This document shows positions 16,292 through 25,275 of a stretch of 62,895 nucleotides of DNA, piece after piece. Both the position numbers and the translations under genes were made by a program. Numbering within the stretch: the first letter of the stretch is position 1; every line of letters starts with the position of its first letter. Source of the stretch: Chitinophagales bacterium. Lineage in GTDB: Bacteria; Bacillota; UBA5301; DYFA01. The stretch is taken from assembly GCA_050260095.1 (NCBI GenBank), contig JBLNBQ010000180.1, forward strand, positions 1-62,895, given 5' to 3'. The notes beneath the pieces are model-generated. The model made no database searches. It saw only the letters and a list, made by a program, of their open reading frames with translations, and had not been told where the DNA came from.

Positions 16292-18283
16292 CGGGGAAAA
16301 GCCCGCTCCCGCCTGGGCCGGTGCGAAGGCGCCATGGCGCCGCAGGGCCAGGAGGGAGTGCACGTACATGGCGTGCGACCAGCCGAGCGGGATGATCCAG
16401 AGCGGGCAGTTGTTTTGACCGCACACCTGTTCGGGCAGAAGATCGAGGACAGTCCGGTGTTCGGCCGCCCAGGCTAGGCGTTGCCTCGCCTTTTCCGTCT
16501 GCCCGAGCGCCAGTTCGTACAGTCCGAGCCACAGGGTACAGACGACCCAAGGGTTGCCGCCCCGGTAGCCGTCGCCGGTGTAGCGGTGGATGCCGCCCAC
16601 TCGGTCGTTCACGAGGTGCCGGGCGATCTGGTCGGCCGTGGCGACCATCCGCGGGTCGCTGGGGAAGAAGACGCCGAAGGGGACGGAGAGGCCGAGCAGG
16701 CTCGCGTCGAGGCCGCGGTCCCGGCGCTCGGCATAGGCCCGGTAAGGGCCGTGAGGCTCGACCTGGCAGACCTCTTCGTTGTTCCCCCGCCGGTGCAGGT
16801 ATTCGCCGAAGCCGATCCGGCGCAGGACGCCCCGGAGGAACCGCTGGTCGGGCGGGTACCATAGCTCGGTCTCGATCGCCGTCTTCACCCGCGCGGCCGC
16901 CTGCTCGTAACGCTCGGCGCGGGGCAAGTCGGCCACCTCCCGGGCCAGGTACGCCGCGGCCACCAGCCCGCCGTAGTAGGCGGCGGAAGTGTAGGCCGAC
17001 TCCTCGGTCCGCTCCTCCCACAGGTCGATGCTGGGGCCGGCCAGACCCGTGTGGGGATCGAGGTGCCGGACCAGGAAGTCGGCGGCGCGGGAGAGCGTGG
17101 GCCAGAGTTCGTGCAGGAAGGCGCGGTTCCGGGTCAAAGCGAAGTGGTGCAGCGCCCCAAAGACGATGCCGGCGGTTTCGTCGCCCTGCAGAAGCCCCCA
17201 CGAGGGGGCGAGGCTCCCGTCGGAATAGTAGCGCTGGTACCAGGAACCGTCGGGCTCCTGGGTCCGCTGTGACCAGCGGTAGAACGCGGCCGCCTCCGCC
17301 GGATGCCCGGCTTCCGTGAAGGCCGTGGCCACCCAGACCGCGTCCCGGGGCCAGCAGTAACCGTAGCCGCCCGAACCGACGAACCACGGGTCGGTCTCCG
17401 GGGCGGCGATGATCCCGCCGTGCTCGGCGTCGCTGAGCAGTTTCATCACGATGAGCGAGCGGCGGAAAACCCTGTCGAGTAGGGGGTCGCCGCTCGGGTG
17501 CCGCTCGCCGCGGGCCAGCCACTGCTCCCAGAACCGGGCGGTCTCGGCATTCAGAGCCTCCGCCCCCTCCCGCCGCGCCTCTTCCAGCTCGGCCAGGGCG
17601 GTTCGCCGGTCGCGGGCGAACGACCAGAAGACGTTCAGTTCCACGGCCTCCCCCTCGCCGACCCGGCCCAGGGAACTGGCGAGGCAGGCGTCGACCTCCC
17701 CCATCTCGACCCCGCGCCCCTCCAGATGCCCGTCGCCCGCGTCGAGCAGGGCGGAGCCCGGAGTGTTGCGGCGCCCGCAGGTGAACCCGGTGACCGGGCG
17801 GTCGAGCCCGACGGCGCACACGGTATCCTGGCGGAAGTAGACGAGCGCGCTGGCGCCGGGATGGAAGTAGCATGAGTTGAGGTGCGCCGCGCCCCCCAGG
17901 GTGAAGGCGCCATAATGGAGGAAGACGAGGTCGGCCAGGGCCGGCCCCCGGTTGACCACCCGGAGGCGGCGGACCAGGAGCGAGCGCCCGGGCACGCAGA
18001 AATCGACGCAGTCATAGGAGAACCCGGCCTCGGGATGGCGTCCGGCGGTGTGCAGGACGGCGTTGTCGCCCTGATACCGCTGCTGGTGCTGCCAACCGTA
18101 GCCGGAGAGCCACAGCGGCTCCCCCCACCGTCCCGGCGCGAAGAGCCCGAGCAGCGCCTGGCCCACCTGCTGGTCCCGGTCGATGTCGGGCCAGTACAGG
18201 TGGTGAAGCTCCCCGCGCCGGTCGAGCGTGGCCAGCAGGCGCGCGTTGCCGATGATTGCGTCGATGACCAGCGGTTTTTCCAT
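16274..18283 (-). CDS. Glycoside hydrolase family 15 (glucoamylase/glucodextranase/trehalase-like)
   Basis: 669 aa with an N-terminal beta-sandwich and an (alpha/alpha)6 catalytic region: GGYGYCWPRDAVWVATAF, QEPDGSWYQRYYSDG, DLWEERTEESAYTSAAYYGGL, PEQV...PLGWSHAMY. Confidence 0.85.
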   Translation of the reverse strand: MEKPLVIDAIIGNARLLATLDRRGELHHLYWPDIDRDQQVGQALLGLFAPGRWGEPLWLSGYGWQHQQRYQGDNAVLHTAGRHPEAGFSYDCVDFCVPGRSLLVRRLRVVNRGPALADLVFLHYGAFTLGGAAHLNSCYFHPGASALVYFRQDTVCAVGLDRPVTGFTCGRRNTPGSALLDAGDGHLEGRGVEMGEVDACLASSLGRVGEGEAVELNVFWSFARDRRTALAELEEARREGAEALNAETARFWEQWLARGERHPSGDPLLDRVFRRSLIVMKLLSDAEHGGIIAAPETDPWFVGSGGYGYCWPRDAVWVATAFTEAGHPAEAAAFYRWSQRTQEPDGSWYQRYYSDGSLAPSWGLLQGDETAGIVFGALHHFALTRNRAFLHELWPTLSRAADFLVRHLDPHTGLAGPSIDLWEERTEESAYTSAAYYGGLVAAAYLAREVADLPRAERYEQAAARVKTAIETELWYPPDQRFLRGVLRRIGFGEYLHRRGNNEEVCQVEPHGPYRAYAERRDRGLDASLLGLSVPFGVFFPSDPRMVATADQIARHLVNDRVGGIHRYTGDGYRGGNPWVVCTLWLGLYELALGQTEKARQRLAWAAEHRTVLDLLPEQVCGQNNCPLWIIPLGWSHAMYVHSLLALRRHGAFAPAQAGAGFSPLAGTR

Positions 18284-18335
18284 CGATCCTAGGATGCGTC
18301 CCCGCCGGATGCGGCCCCCCGGGAATTGGCCCCTT

Positions 18336-18764
18336 TTAAGCCATCCGCTCCCCGTTCAGCTCGATCTCGTAGGTGATGGCGGCCGTCTTGTTCAGCACGT
18401 TCCCCACCGTGCAGTACTTGTCCAGCGAAAGATCGATGGCCCGGCGGACCTTCTCCAGCTCCAGGCCCTCGCCGGCCACGCGATAGAGCAGGCGGATCGC
18501 CGTGAAGACCTTGGGATGCTCGTCGGCCCGGTCCGCCTCTACCGCGATCTCCAGACTCCGCAGCGGCTGCTGCATCTTGGCGAGGATCGAGACCACGTCC
18601 ATCCCGGTGCAGCCGCCCAGCCCCATCAGGACCAGTTCCGTAGGGCGCGGGGCCTGCCCATCGCCGCCGCTGGCCGCGGAGGCGTCCATCCCGACTTCGT
18701 GACCCTCGCTGGAATGACCGGTGAAAGCCATCCGCTGCTTCCACTCGACTCTGATCGGATCCAT
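18336..18764 (-). CDS. OsmC/Ohr-family peroxiredoxin-like protein
   Basis: PTELVLMGLGGCTGMDVVSILAKM...DLSLDKYCTVGNVL has the two conserved Cys of the OsmC family. ATG at 18764 follows GGAGGGA. Confidence 0.8.
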   Translation of the reverse strand: MDPIRVEWKQRMAFTGHSSEGHEVGMDASAASGGDGQAPRPTELVLMGLGGCTGMDVVSILAKMQQPLRSLEIAVEADRADEHPKVFTAIRLLYRVAGEGLELEKVRRAIDLSLDKYCTVGNVLNKTAAITYEIELNGERMA

Positions 18765-18848
18765 CAGTATCCCTCCTGCCTCAAGGCGCGGGGCGCCTCT
18801 GTGACGCTCATTCTTCGCCGCGCCCTTTCGCCAACCTCCCCAGCCGGC

Positions 18849-18882
18849 GAAATAAGAAGGGCACCGGGCCGCCCCGGTGCCC
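18849..18882 (-). terminator. Intrinsic terminator downstream of sleB-ypeB
   Basis: The minus strand reads GGGCACCGG-ggcggc-CCGGTGCCC followed by TTCTTATTTC, about 20 nt after the ypeB stop. Confidence 0.6.
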
Positions 18883-18901
18883 CCGGAAGACAAGCGGCCC
18901 C

Positions 18902-20269
18902 TCACATCGTCAGTTTCCCCTGCGGGGTGCTCACGATCTTGAGGATCCGCTCCTCGCGGCCGGTCTTGGCGTTCACGTAAACGTAGTACGGCTCGTTGTC
19001 CTGGGTGCACTTGAACTCCCAGGCGAGCGATTCTTCGCCCGCCACCTCCCGCGGGATCACCGTGAGCTGGGTGCCCTGCACCGTGAGCCCGTCCTTCAGC
19101 TTGGCCCGGGCCTGCTCGGCCGTGATGGTCGGAGTCAGATCGGCTTTGCTGCGGGTATGGTGATTGGTCAGGTACTGCAGGGCGTCGAAGCTCAAGACCT
19201 CGCCGCGGTCGAGGGCGACGGCCACCTTGACCATGTCAGGATAGATCAGCACGTTGTTCTCCACGGCCACGTAGGGGAAGGTCACGACGCCGCCCACCGT
19301 CTGGGCGTAGGATTCCCGCAGTTCCGGCAGGTCCAGCTTGCGGAGGAAGTCCCGGGCGGCCCGCGCGGCGTCGGCGGAACTCAGCCGCGGCGGTCCCGGC
19401 GGGCGGGTGTTCACCGCCCAGACGACGTGGCCGCCCTTCTGCGAGACGTCGGCCGCCATCCGCGGCAGATCCCCGCCGGTCGGGACCAGGTCGAAACCGT
19501 AGGCCACCAGCCGGCCCCGGGTCATCCCCTTGAACCGGGCGCGGTAACGGGCGGGGTCGGGCGTCAGGCGCAGCGCCCGGCGGGCCGCCTCGGCCTGGCT
19601 GACGTTCGATCCGGTGAGCCCCCGCGGCGAGAGCTTGTCGATCCGGTCGGAGAACGGGCCGTCGTACTGCAGCGTCGGGTAGTCGGCCATCGCCCGGTCG
19701 ACGCTCTTGAAGTTGTCGGTGACGGCGTTGCCCCCGGGGCTATCGCTCTGGCCCACCCGCCGCGGGTTAGGCGTCCGGTTGGTCAGCCAGTTGTAGTTGC
19801 CGGCGGCCGCCATCCGCTGCAAGCCGTGCAGTTCTTTGCCGAGCGCCACCGCCTGCCGGCGCAGCCGGGTCATGGTGGCCAAGTCTCCGTCGGTCATCTT
19901 CTGGCCGCCGGCCCGCTTGCGGGCCATCACGTAGGAGAAGTCGCCGACCTGGGTCAGGAACTTGCTGGTGCGCATGAAGGCGCCGCTGCGCACGGGCAGC
20001 CGTGAGAGCGCCGCCTTGCCCAGGTTGGACTGCCGCCACACGTCGGTCAACTGGTTTAGAATCTGATCGCTGCTGCTGGCGACCGTCCCCTTGCCGAGCC
20101 TGACCTCGACGGCGTCGACGTAGCTGACCAGGTCCAGGAAGGCCGCGTTATAGGTCGCGTTCAGGCGATTGGAGATGTAGTCGGCCCGGCGCCGCTCAGT
20201 GTTCCCCCACCAGATGGCCGTCAAGGCCACGATCGTGAGGAACCCGACGGCCACTTTCCAGGTGCGCAA
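18902..20269 (-). CDS. ypeB: Germination protein YpeB (PepSY-domain, SleB partner)
   Basis: N-terminal anchor, NRLNATYNAAFLDLVSYVDAVEVRLGK...SKFLTQVGDFSY, and C-terminal PepSY-like repeats. It lies immediately downstream of a SleB-type hydrolase gene, as in Bacillus sleB-ypeB. Confidence 0.85.
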   Translation of the reverse strand: MRTWKVAVGFLTIVALTAIWWGNTERRRADYISNRLNATYNAAFLDLVSYVDAVEVRLGKGTVASSSDQILNQLTDVWRQSNLGKAALSRLPVRSGAFMRTSKFLTQVGDFSYVMARKRAGGQKMTDGDLATMTRLRRQAVALGKELHGLQRMAAAGNYNWLTNRTPNPRRVGQSDSPGGNAVTDNFKSVDRAMADYPTLQYDGPFSDRIDKLSPRGLTGSNVSQAEAARRALRLTPDPARYRARFKGMTRGRLVAYGFDLVPTGGDLPRMAADVSQKGGHVVWAVNTRPPGPPRLSSADAARAARDFLRKLDLPELRESYAQTVGGVVTFPYVAVENNVLIYPDMVKVAVALDRGEVLSFDALQYLTNHHTRSKADLTPTITAEQARAKLKDGLTVQGTQLTVIPREVAGEESLAWEFKCTQDNEPYYVYVNAKTGREERILKIVSTPQGKLTM

Positions 20270-20284
20270 GAGAATCCTCCTTCC

Positions 20285-20767
20285 TCACAGGGCGAAGACG
20301 TGGTTGCCGATCTGGCGAATGATCGTGCGGGACCAGATCCACGGGCTCACGGGTTTCGACGGGTTCCAGAAGAAGGTGCAGCCGTACGTGGGATCCCAGC
20401 CGCTGACTGCGTCGATGGCGGCCCGCCGCTCCGTCCAACTCGGTTCACGCTGCCAGATCAGACCGACCTCCACCGACTCGAACGCCCAGGGCTGGTAGAT
20501 CACCCCGGCGATCGTCCCTGGGAAAGAGGGGTTCTTGGTCCGGTTGAGCACCACCGCCCCGACGCCCACCTGCCCTTCGTAGGGTTCCCCCTGCGCCTCG
20601 GCGGCGATCAGCCGGGCCAACAGGTCGATGTTGGCCCCGGCGTCGGGCTGCGCCCGGACGTAGGTCCAGTACTGGAACTGAGGGATCAGGTAGTTCTCGG
20701 TCACCACACAACCGACGAATGCGAGCACCATGAGCAACAACAGGACAAGGGAACGGCGCATGGTCAA
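20285..20767 (-). CDS. sleB: SleB/CwlJ-type spore cortex-lytic hydrolase, catalytic domain only, lipoprotein-like signal
   Basis: LLARLIAAEAQGEPYEGQVGVGAVVLNR...FPGTIAGVIYQPWAFE...IGNHVFA matches Hydrolase_2. The N-terminus MRRSLVLLLLMVLAFVGC resembles a lipobox. No peptidoglycan-binding domain is present. Confidence 0.85.
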   Translation of the reverse strand: MTMRRSLVLLLLMVLAFVGCVVTENYLIPQFQYWTYVRAQPDAGANIDLLARLIAAEAQGEPYEGQVGVGAVVLNRTKNPSFPGTIAGVIYQPWAFESVEVGLIWQREPSWTERRAAIDAVSGWDPTYGCTFFWNPSKPVSPWIWSRTIIRQIGNHVFAL

Positions 20768-20896
20768 ACCTCCTGTTAGCTCCCGTTATGGACGGGCAGA
20801 CCTAGTTTGCATCACCGTCCCGGTATCCATCCGCCGACCCAGACTGCGCATAAACCTCCGCGGGCGGGAGGACATTAGCAGCGGAGGTGACCTTGT

Positions 20897-21106
20897 TTGC
20901 CGAAGGTTAGGTGTTCGGTGGACAGCTGCCATTACTGGGAGAAGAGCAATTACTGCACCGCGGACGAAGTCGAGGTCAGGCGGGACAACGAGCTCGGGAG
21001 TGCGGCCGGGGGCGCCCGGATGGAGATCGGCACCATGGCCGGCAACGCCGAAACCTCGGCGAGTACCGCCTGCAAGACCTTCAAGCCCAAGGCGGGCAAG
21101 TCGTGA
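20897..21106 (+). CDS. DUF1540-domain small Cys-rich protein (spore-associated family)
   Basis: VRCSVDSCHYWEKSNYCTADEVEV and a second half-repeat ...TSASTACKTFKPK. TTG start follows GGAGGTGA. Confidence 0.7.
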   Translation: MPKVRCSVDSCHYWEKSNYCTADEVEVRRDNELGSAAGGARMEIGTMAGNAETSASTACKTFKPKAGKS

Positions 21107-21146
21107 GCGAAACCCTGGACTGCAAGGCAGAGACGGACATGAAGCA

Positions 21147-21176
21147 GCGGAGCGCGTGAGGCGCTCCGCTCTTTGC
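21147..21176 (+). terminator. Probable terminator after the DUF1540 gene
   Basis: GCGGAGCGC-gtgag-GCGCTCCGC followed by TCTTTGC. The T-tract is weak. Confidence 0.45.
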
Positions 21177-21240
21177 TGCTGCTATCGACCGTCGCATTCT
21201 CGGCCTAACCGGCGTTCTGTCGCCAATTCGCCCCCGGGCC

Positions 21241-21672
21241 TCACTGGCTGAAGTACCGCCGGATGAGCCCGTCGAGCGACTGGGCGTGGCGCGCCTCGTC
21301 GCGGGCCGCCTCGTCGTAGACGTCGTGGATCGCGTCGAGGTTGTTCTGGCTGGCTTTGCCCGCCCACTCGGCCTTGCTTTTGCAGGAAGCCTGCTCCTCC
21401 TTGACCAGGCGCCGCAGGTTCTCGGCCGTGCTGTTGTCGATCCGACCGTTCAGTTCGGCGAAGCGGGCGGCGTGCCAGGCCTCATCCCAGGCGATCTTCT
21501 CCAAGGCCAAGGCGACCTCCGGGTAACCTTCGCGCTCCGCCTGGCGGGCGCAGGCCAGGTAGTGGGCGACCTCCATCCCTTCCCCCTTGTAGCTGTCGTC
21601 CACGGGCTGTTCGAGCGGGGTCGCCCGGGCCACCCCGAGCTTTTCCTGCCGGGCCAGATCCAGACCGGTCAT
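21241..21672 (-). CDS. Ferritin-like/rubrerythrin-family diiron protein (no rubredoxin domain)
   Basis: EGMEVAHYLACARQAEREGYPEVALALEKIAWDEAWHAARFAEL and a second EARHAQSL helix pair (ExxH motifs). ATG at 21672 follows GGAGGCA. It lies 80 nt downstream of the cytochrome operon on the same strand. Confidence 0.7.
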   Translation of the reverse strand: MTGLDLARQEKLGVARATPLEQPVDDSYKGEGMEVAHYLACARQAEREGYPEVALALEKIAWDEAWHAARFAELNGRIDNSTAENLRRLVKEEQASCKSKAEWAGKASQNNLDAIHDVYDEAARDEARHAQSLDGLIRRYFSQ

Positions 21673-21752
21673 CGTTGCCTCCACGCATGCTGCCTCCTTC
21701 ACAGGGGTATTCTCCGCCGGCGGCCCGGGAGGTATGCGGACGGCGCCCCAGG

Positions 21753-23594
21753 TCAGAGGGTGTGGCAGCTCGTGACGCAGTCGGCCTTCTGCCAGTTGCC
21801 CGAGCCCGGCAGGTACGGCTGGCCCAGTGCGTCCCGGGCAAAGGCGATCTTCGACCCGGCGTTGTACGGGTACGGATCGGTCCGTTCCACCAGCATGGCC
21901 CGGTTCTTGTAGCCGTGGGGCACCCCGGCGTGACAACTGGTGCAGGCGACCTGGTGGTACGGGGCGCCGTGTAGGCTGGTACCTCCCGGACTGCGAAAGC
22001 CGGTGTTGCTGCCCAGCCCGTCGAGGTAGAGGGCCGGATCGTGGCACTTGAAGCAGAGATGCCCGCTTGTTCCCGGGCTCCCGGTGGGCGCCGAGGCGGC
22101 GGGCGCGGACGCCCCTTGATGTACCCAGGGAGCTTTCAGGATAAAGGGATTCTCCGAGCCATGCGGTCCAGACGGACCGTTCCCCGCAGCGCCGTGACAA
22201 TCGCAGCAGCTGAGAACAGTCTCCCAGCTCCACGCCTTGCCGGTTCGGTCCGACCCACAGAACGCACCCGGCCACATCAAGTCGCGATGGGCGTGCCCAC
22301 TCACCACGGCGTGCAAGCCCCCGTTGTTTGGATTGAACGCCACAGCGGGGCTGGTCTGAGGTGAGGCGGAAAGTCCATCAAGGGTACGGCGAGAGGGCGA
22401 AACCGGCGGATTCAGCCCATAACTATAGCCCGAGTGACACTTGAAGCAAAGCTGGTATTCGAAAGAGATGGAGTTGCTCTCGACACAGGAGGGCTCCGAC
22501 CAGGGAAGTCCCAAGTACTGGACGCTCACTCCGCTCGCCCCCTGCAGCGCGCCGAACACACCCGGAGCTGCCGGGTGAGACTGCGCTGCGACATGTGGGT
22601 TATGGCAATCCACGCACTCGGAGTGGCGATCCAGGCTCGGCACAGAACGCCTGGTTTCACGGGGATCGTGCGGAGCAAGGCCCAGTTCATGACGGGCTGG
22701 CATGGCCTGAGCCGCCGCGATGTTGGTGCCGCACTCTCCGTTATGGCAGACCAGACAGCCATCGGAACCCACTTCCCGCCCGAGCCGCTCGGGTTGGCGC
22801 GCTTGGTGCGGTTTATGGCAACTGAGGCACGCGGCCTGCGCCACCGTGCTGAAGGAAGGGCGCAAGCCCAAACTGGCGGGGATCGGCCGCTCAGAAGCCA
22901 AGGCGTGCCCGCTGCGGTCCCAGCCCGCCACGACGTGGCAGGTTATGCACAGCGTCCCCCCGTAAGTCCCGGTCCGGTCGACCGGTCGCTTGACCAGGAA
23001 CGGTTCAAATTCGGGATCATGGGGCGAGTGACAGGTCGTGCACTGGACCCGCCCCGCCTCATCCAGCCGGACCGGATCTCCAGGCTGGGGCGGTCGGAGT
23101 CCTGGCTTGGCTGCGGGAAAAGGTCTGCTCACCGGATGATCATCGCGGAGGTCCGTTTCAAGTCGGGCGTGGCCCGGTGGAACAGCGCCCCGCACATCGA
23201 CATTCGCCATGTTCCGATAGCCGTTACAGAGCTCACCCAAGGCGACCGTACCGTCATGACAACTGAGGCAAAGGGTGGAAACCCCATTGGGTTGCTCGGG
23301 CGGGGAGGCCACCGTGCTGCTCTGATAGACTTCGTAGTACTGAGAGCTGAGCTTGTGACTGAACAGGTAAGCCTCCTGATTTGCGTGATGTGGAACATGA
23401 CAAAACACGCAGACCTGCGTCTCCGTGTAGGAAGTGATGGGCCCCATCCCTCCGACCGAAAAGTCGTGTTTCGAGCCGCGAATGGTTCCCGCTGACATCG
23501 TCGGGCAGCTGAATCCTGCAAGCGCCGCGGTCAGAGCGGCCACGGTCGCGAGCCGCATCAGGTGACAGGCGGGTCGAGTGCAGAAGGACTCCAT
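21753..23594 (-). CDS. Large secreted multiheme c-type cytochrome (11 CXXCH plus 1 CX3CH)
   Basis: Heme motifs: CVFCH, CLSCH, CTTCH, CITCH, CLSCH, CLVCH, CVDCH, CFKCH, CCDCH, CFKCH, CTSCH, and a terminal CVTSCH. The N-terminal ~200 aa are paralogous to the two tetraheme proteins (GSKHDFS...VCVFCHVPH...CLSCHDGTVAL...DDHPV). Hydrophobic signal MRLATVAALTAALAGFSC. Start is uncertain (23594 or 23558). Confidence 0.85.
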   Translation of the reverse strand: MESFCTRPACHLMRLATVAALTAALAGFSCPTMSAGTIRGSKHDFSVGGMGPITSYTETQVCVFCHVPHHANQEAYLFSHKLSSQYYEVYQSSTVASPPEQPNGVSTLCLSCHDGTVALGELCNGYRNMANVDVRGAVPPGHARLETDLRDDHPVSRPFPAAKPGLRPPQPGDPVRLDEAGRVQCTTCHSPHDPEFEPFLVKRPVDRTGTYGGTLCITCHVVAGWDRSGHALASERPIPASLGLRPSFSTVAQAACLSCHKPHQARQPERLGREVGSDGCLVCHNGECGTNIAAAQAMPARHELGLAPHDPRETRRSVPSLDRHSECVDCHNPHVAAQSHPAAPGVFGALQGASGVSVQYLGLPWSEPSCVESNSISFEYQLCFKCHSGYSYGLNPPVSPSRRTLDGLSASPQTSPAVAFNPNNGGLHAVVSGHAHRDLMWPGAFCGSDRTGKAWSWETVLSCCDCHGAAGNGPSGPHGSENPFILKAPWVHQGASAPAASAPTGSPGTSGHLCFKCHDPALYLDGLGSNTGFRSPGGTSLHGAPYHQVACTSCHAGVPHGYKNRAMLVERTDPYPYNAGSKIAFARDALGQPYLPGSGNWQKADCVTSCHTL

Positions 23595-23619
23595 TCCACT
23601 CTCACACTCCCATGGAGGA

Positions 23620-24444
23620 TTAGTCCCTCCGATAGTCGAGACGGCGGTGACAACCACAAAGGCATCCACCGCCGGTGGGAGTCTCCGTGAACACGATGGG
23701 CAACTCCCACTGGCCGAAGGTCACGCGCCTTCGAATGAGGTGGGGCTGCTCCGAACCATGGGCCTCGTGACATACCCAACATGAGCGACCTTTGTTCGGG
23801 TCATTCACGTGGAAGTAGTGGTCACTCTTTCGCCCGTTCCGAAAGTTGGTCGCGTCTTTTGTTTCGGATGCCACAACCAAAGCCTCGGGATGACACTTGA
23901 AGCATAGCGCGAAGCGCCGGCTCGTGAAGGGGGCGTAGAACCGGCTGTCGAAGGGAGCCTTCAGCAGTTGTCGGTACGGCGAGTTGTGCGCTTCATGGCA
24001 AGCGGTGCACTTCCCTTCGGCGACGGGTCGATGGACAGAGTTCCGGGTCATCTGCTGGGCAATCTTCGGGTGGCACTTGGTGCATAAAACCCCTTGCGGT
24101 TGCTTCAGCAAGGCCGGGTAGGCTGATTCATGTGGGTCGTGGCAGGTGGAGCACGGCTGCTCCCGCACCACCTGATGCCTCACCCCGACCGCCATCTGAT
24201 CCTGAAGGTCGCGGTGACAAAAGAAGCACAGCTCCCGTTCAGGCGCGGCCAAGCCATGGGGGCGTGCGGCATCGTGCGCCACATGGCAGACATCGCAACG
24301 GCCGGCAGAATACGGCCCGTGCCTGAAGGTCCCTCCGTTCTGATTCGCTGCGGGCGCCCCTGCCGCTTCGGCCCGCCCCAAGGCCAGTAGCGCCAAGAGA
24401 GTGAGCCAAAGGGGGAACCGGCGGAGGCAGGCCACTGATCCCAC
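23620..24444 (-). CDS. Secreted octaheme-type c-type cytochrome (7 CXXCH plus 1 CX3CH), cytochrome c3/c7-like repeats
   Basis: CDVCH, CFFCH, CSTCH, CTKCH, CTACH, CFKCH, CWVCH and a C-terminal CLCGCH. Repeated C..CH.(P/A)H.S.Y..LL spacing. Signal VACLRRFPLWLTLLALLALGRAEA. GTG at 24444 follows GGAGGGG. Confidence 0.85.
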   Translation of the reverse strand: MGSVACLRRFPLWLTLLALLALGRAEAAGAPAANQNGGTFRHGPYSAGRCDVCHVAHDAARPHGLAAPERELCFFCHRDLQDQMAVGVRHQVVREQPCSTCHDPHESAYPALLKQPQGVLCTKCHPKIAQQMTRNSVHRPVAEGKCTACHEAHNSPYRQLLKAPFDSRFYAPFTSRRFALCFKCHPEALVVASETKDATNFRNGRKSDHYFHVNDPNKGRSCWVCHEAHGSEQPHLIRRRVTFGQWELPIVFTETPTGGGCLCGCHRRLDYRRD

Positions 24445-24461
24445 CGGAACACCCCTCCAGC

Positions 24462-25259
24462 CTACTTCTTGTGGCAGGTCAGGCAGAGCGCGCTTCCGTC
24501 GTTGGAACAACGGAGAAACGGCCGGAAACCAGGGTCGTGCACGGCGTGACAGGAACCGCACTCGACCTTGTTAGAGTACAGCCGAACCCCGTTTGGCCAG
24601 AGCTCTCGAGCCGGAACCGGCTCAAATCGGTCGGCGTAAGTGGTCGGGTCGGGGTAGTTGACCCCCACCGGGTGGTCATCGGTCAAATCCTGGGTCAGGT
24701 AGTGACCAGAATAGTCCGCCGCGGCACCGATGGGACTCGCGTCGTGGCATGAAACGCCGCAATCCCAGAACGCGTTGTTGCTCTGACTGGCGGCCGCCAT
24801 CTTCCCGTGGAAAGGAACCTCGGTGGGGTACGCCGGGTTCGTCCACCCGCCTGGGTTGGGCCGACCGCCGGGACGACTCATGGGCATTCTGATCACGGAG
24901 TCGACCGCGATCGTGCCGTCATGGCATGATAGACACATCAAGGACGAGTTGCCGGGTGCACTCGGTGCGCTGATCATCGTCCAACTCCGGTAGACCGGGT
25001 AGCTCCCGGGATCGGGAAGGCTGCGGTTCCAGAGCATCGTCACCTGGGTGGATGCGTTGTGGGGAGTGTGGCAGTAGACGCAGACCTGATTATAGTCGTT
25101 ATAGGTGTTCCAGAAGGTCATGCTTGGAGACTGCATGGCATGCGAGAGATCGTGCAGCGAGCCGACGATGGTCGAAGCCTGAGCAACCATTGAACAGGCA
25201 ATGATGATGGTGGACACCACAGTAATCAGATGCAAAGGCAGCCTGTGCTGAGAACGCAA
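24462..25259 (-). CDS. Secreted tetraheme-type c-type cytochrome with doubled-CXXCH C-terminus (paralog of 28117..28968)
   Basis: IVGSLHDLS...VCVYCHTPHNAS...LWNR...CLSCHDGTIAV...CGVSCH (CX3CH)...DDHPVG...CGSCHAVHDPGFRPFL...CLTCHKK. TTG start at 25259 lies 8 nt after AGGAGG. Confidence 0.85.
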   Translation of the reverse strand: MRSQHRLPLHLITVVSTIIIACSMVAQASTIVGSLHDLSHAMQSPSMTFWNTYNDYNQVCVYCHTPHNASTQVTMLWNRSLPDPGSYPVYRSWTMISAPSAPGNSSLMCLSCHDGTIAVDSVIRMPMSRPGGRPNPGGWTNPAYPTEVPFHGKMAAASQSNNAFWDCGVSCHDASPIGAAADYSGHYLTQDLTDDHPVGVNYPDPTTYADRFEPVPARELWPNGVRLYSNKVECGSCHAVHDPGFRPFLRCSNDGSALCLTCHKK

Positions 25260-25275
25260 CTGAACCACCTCCTGA

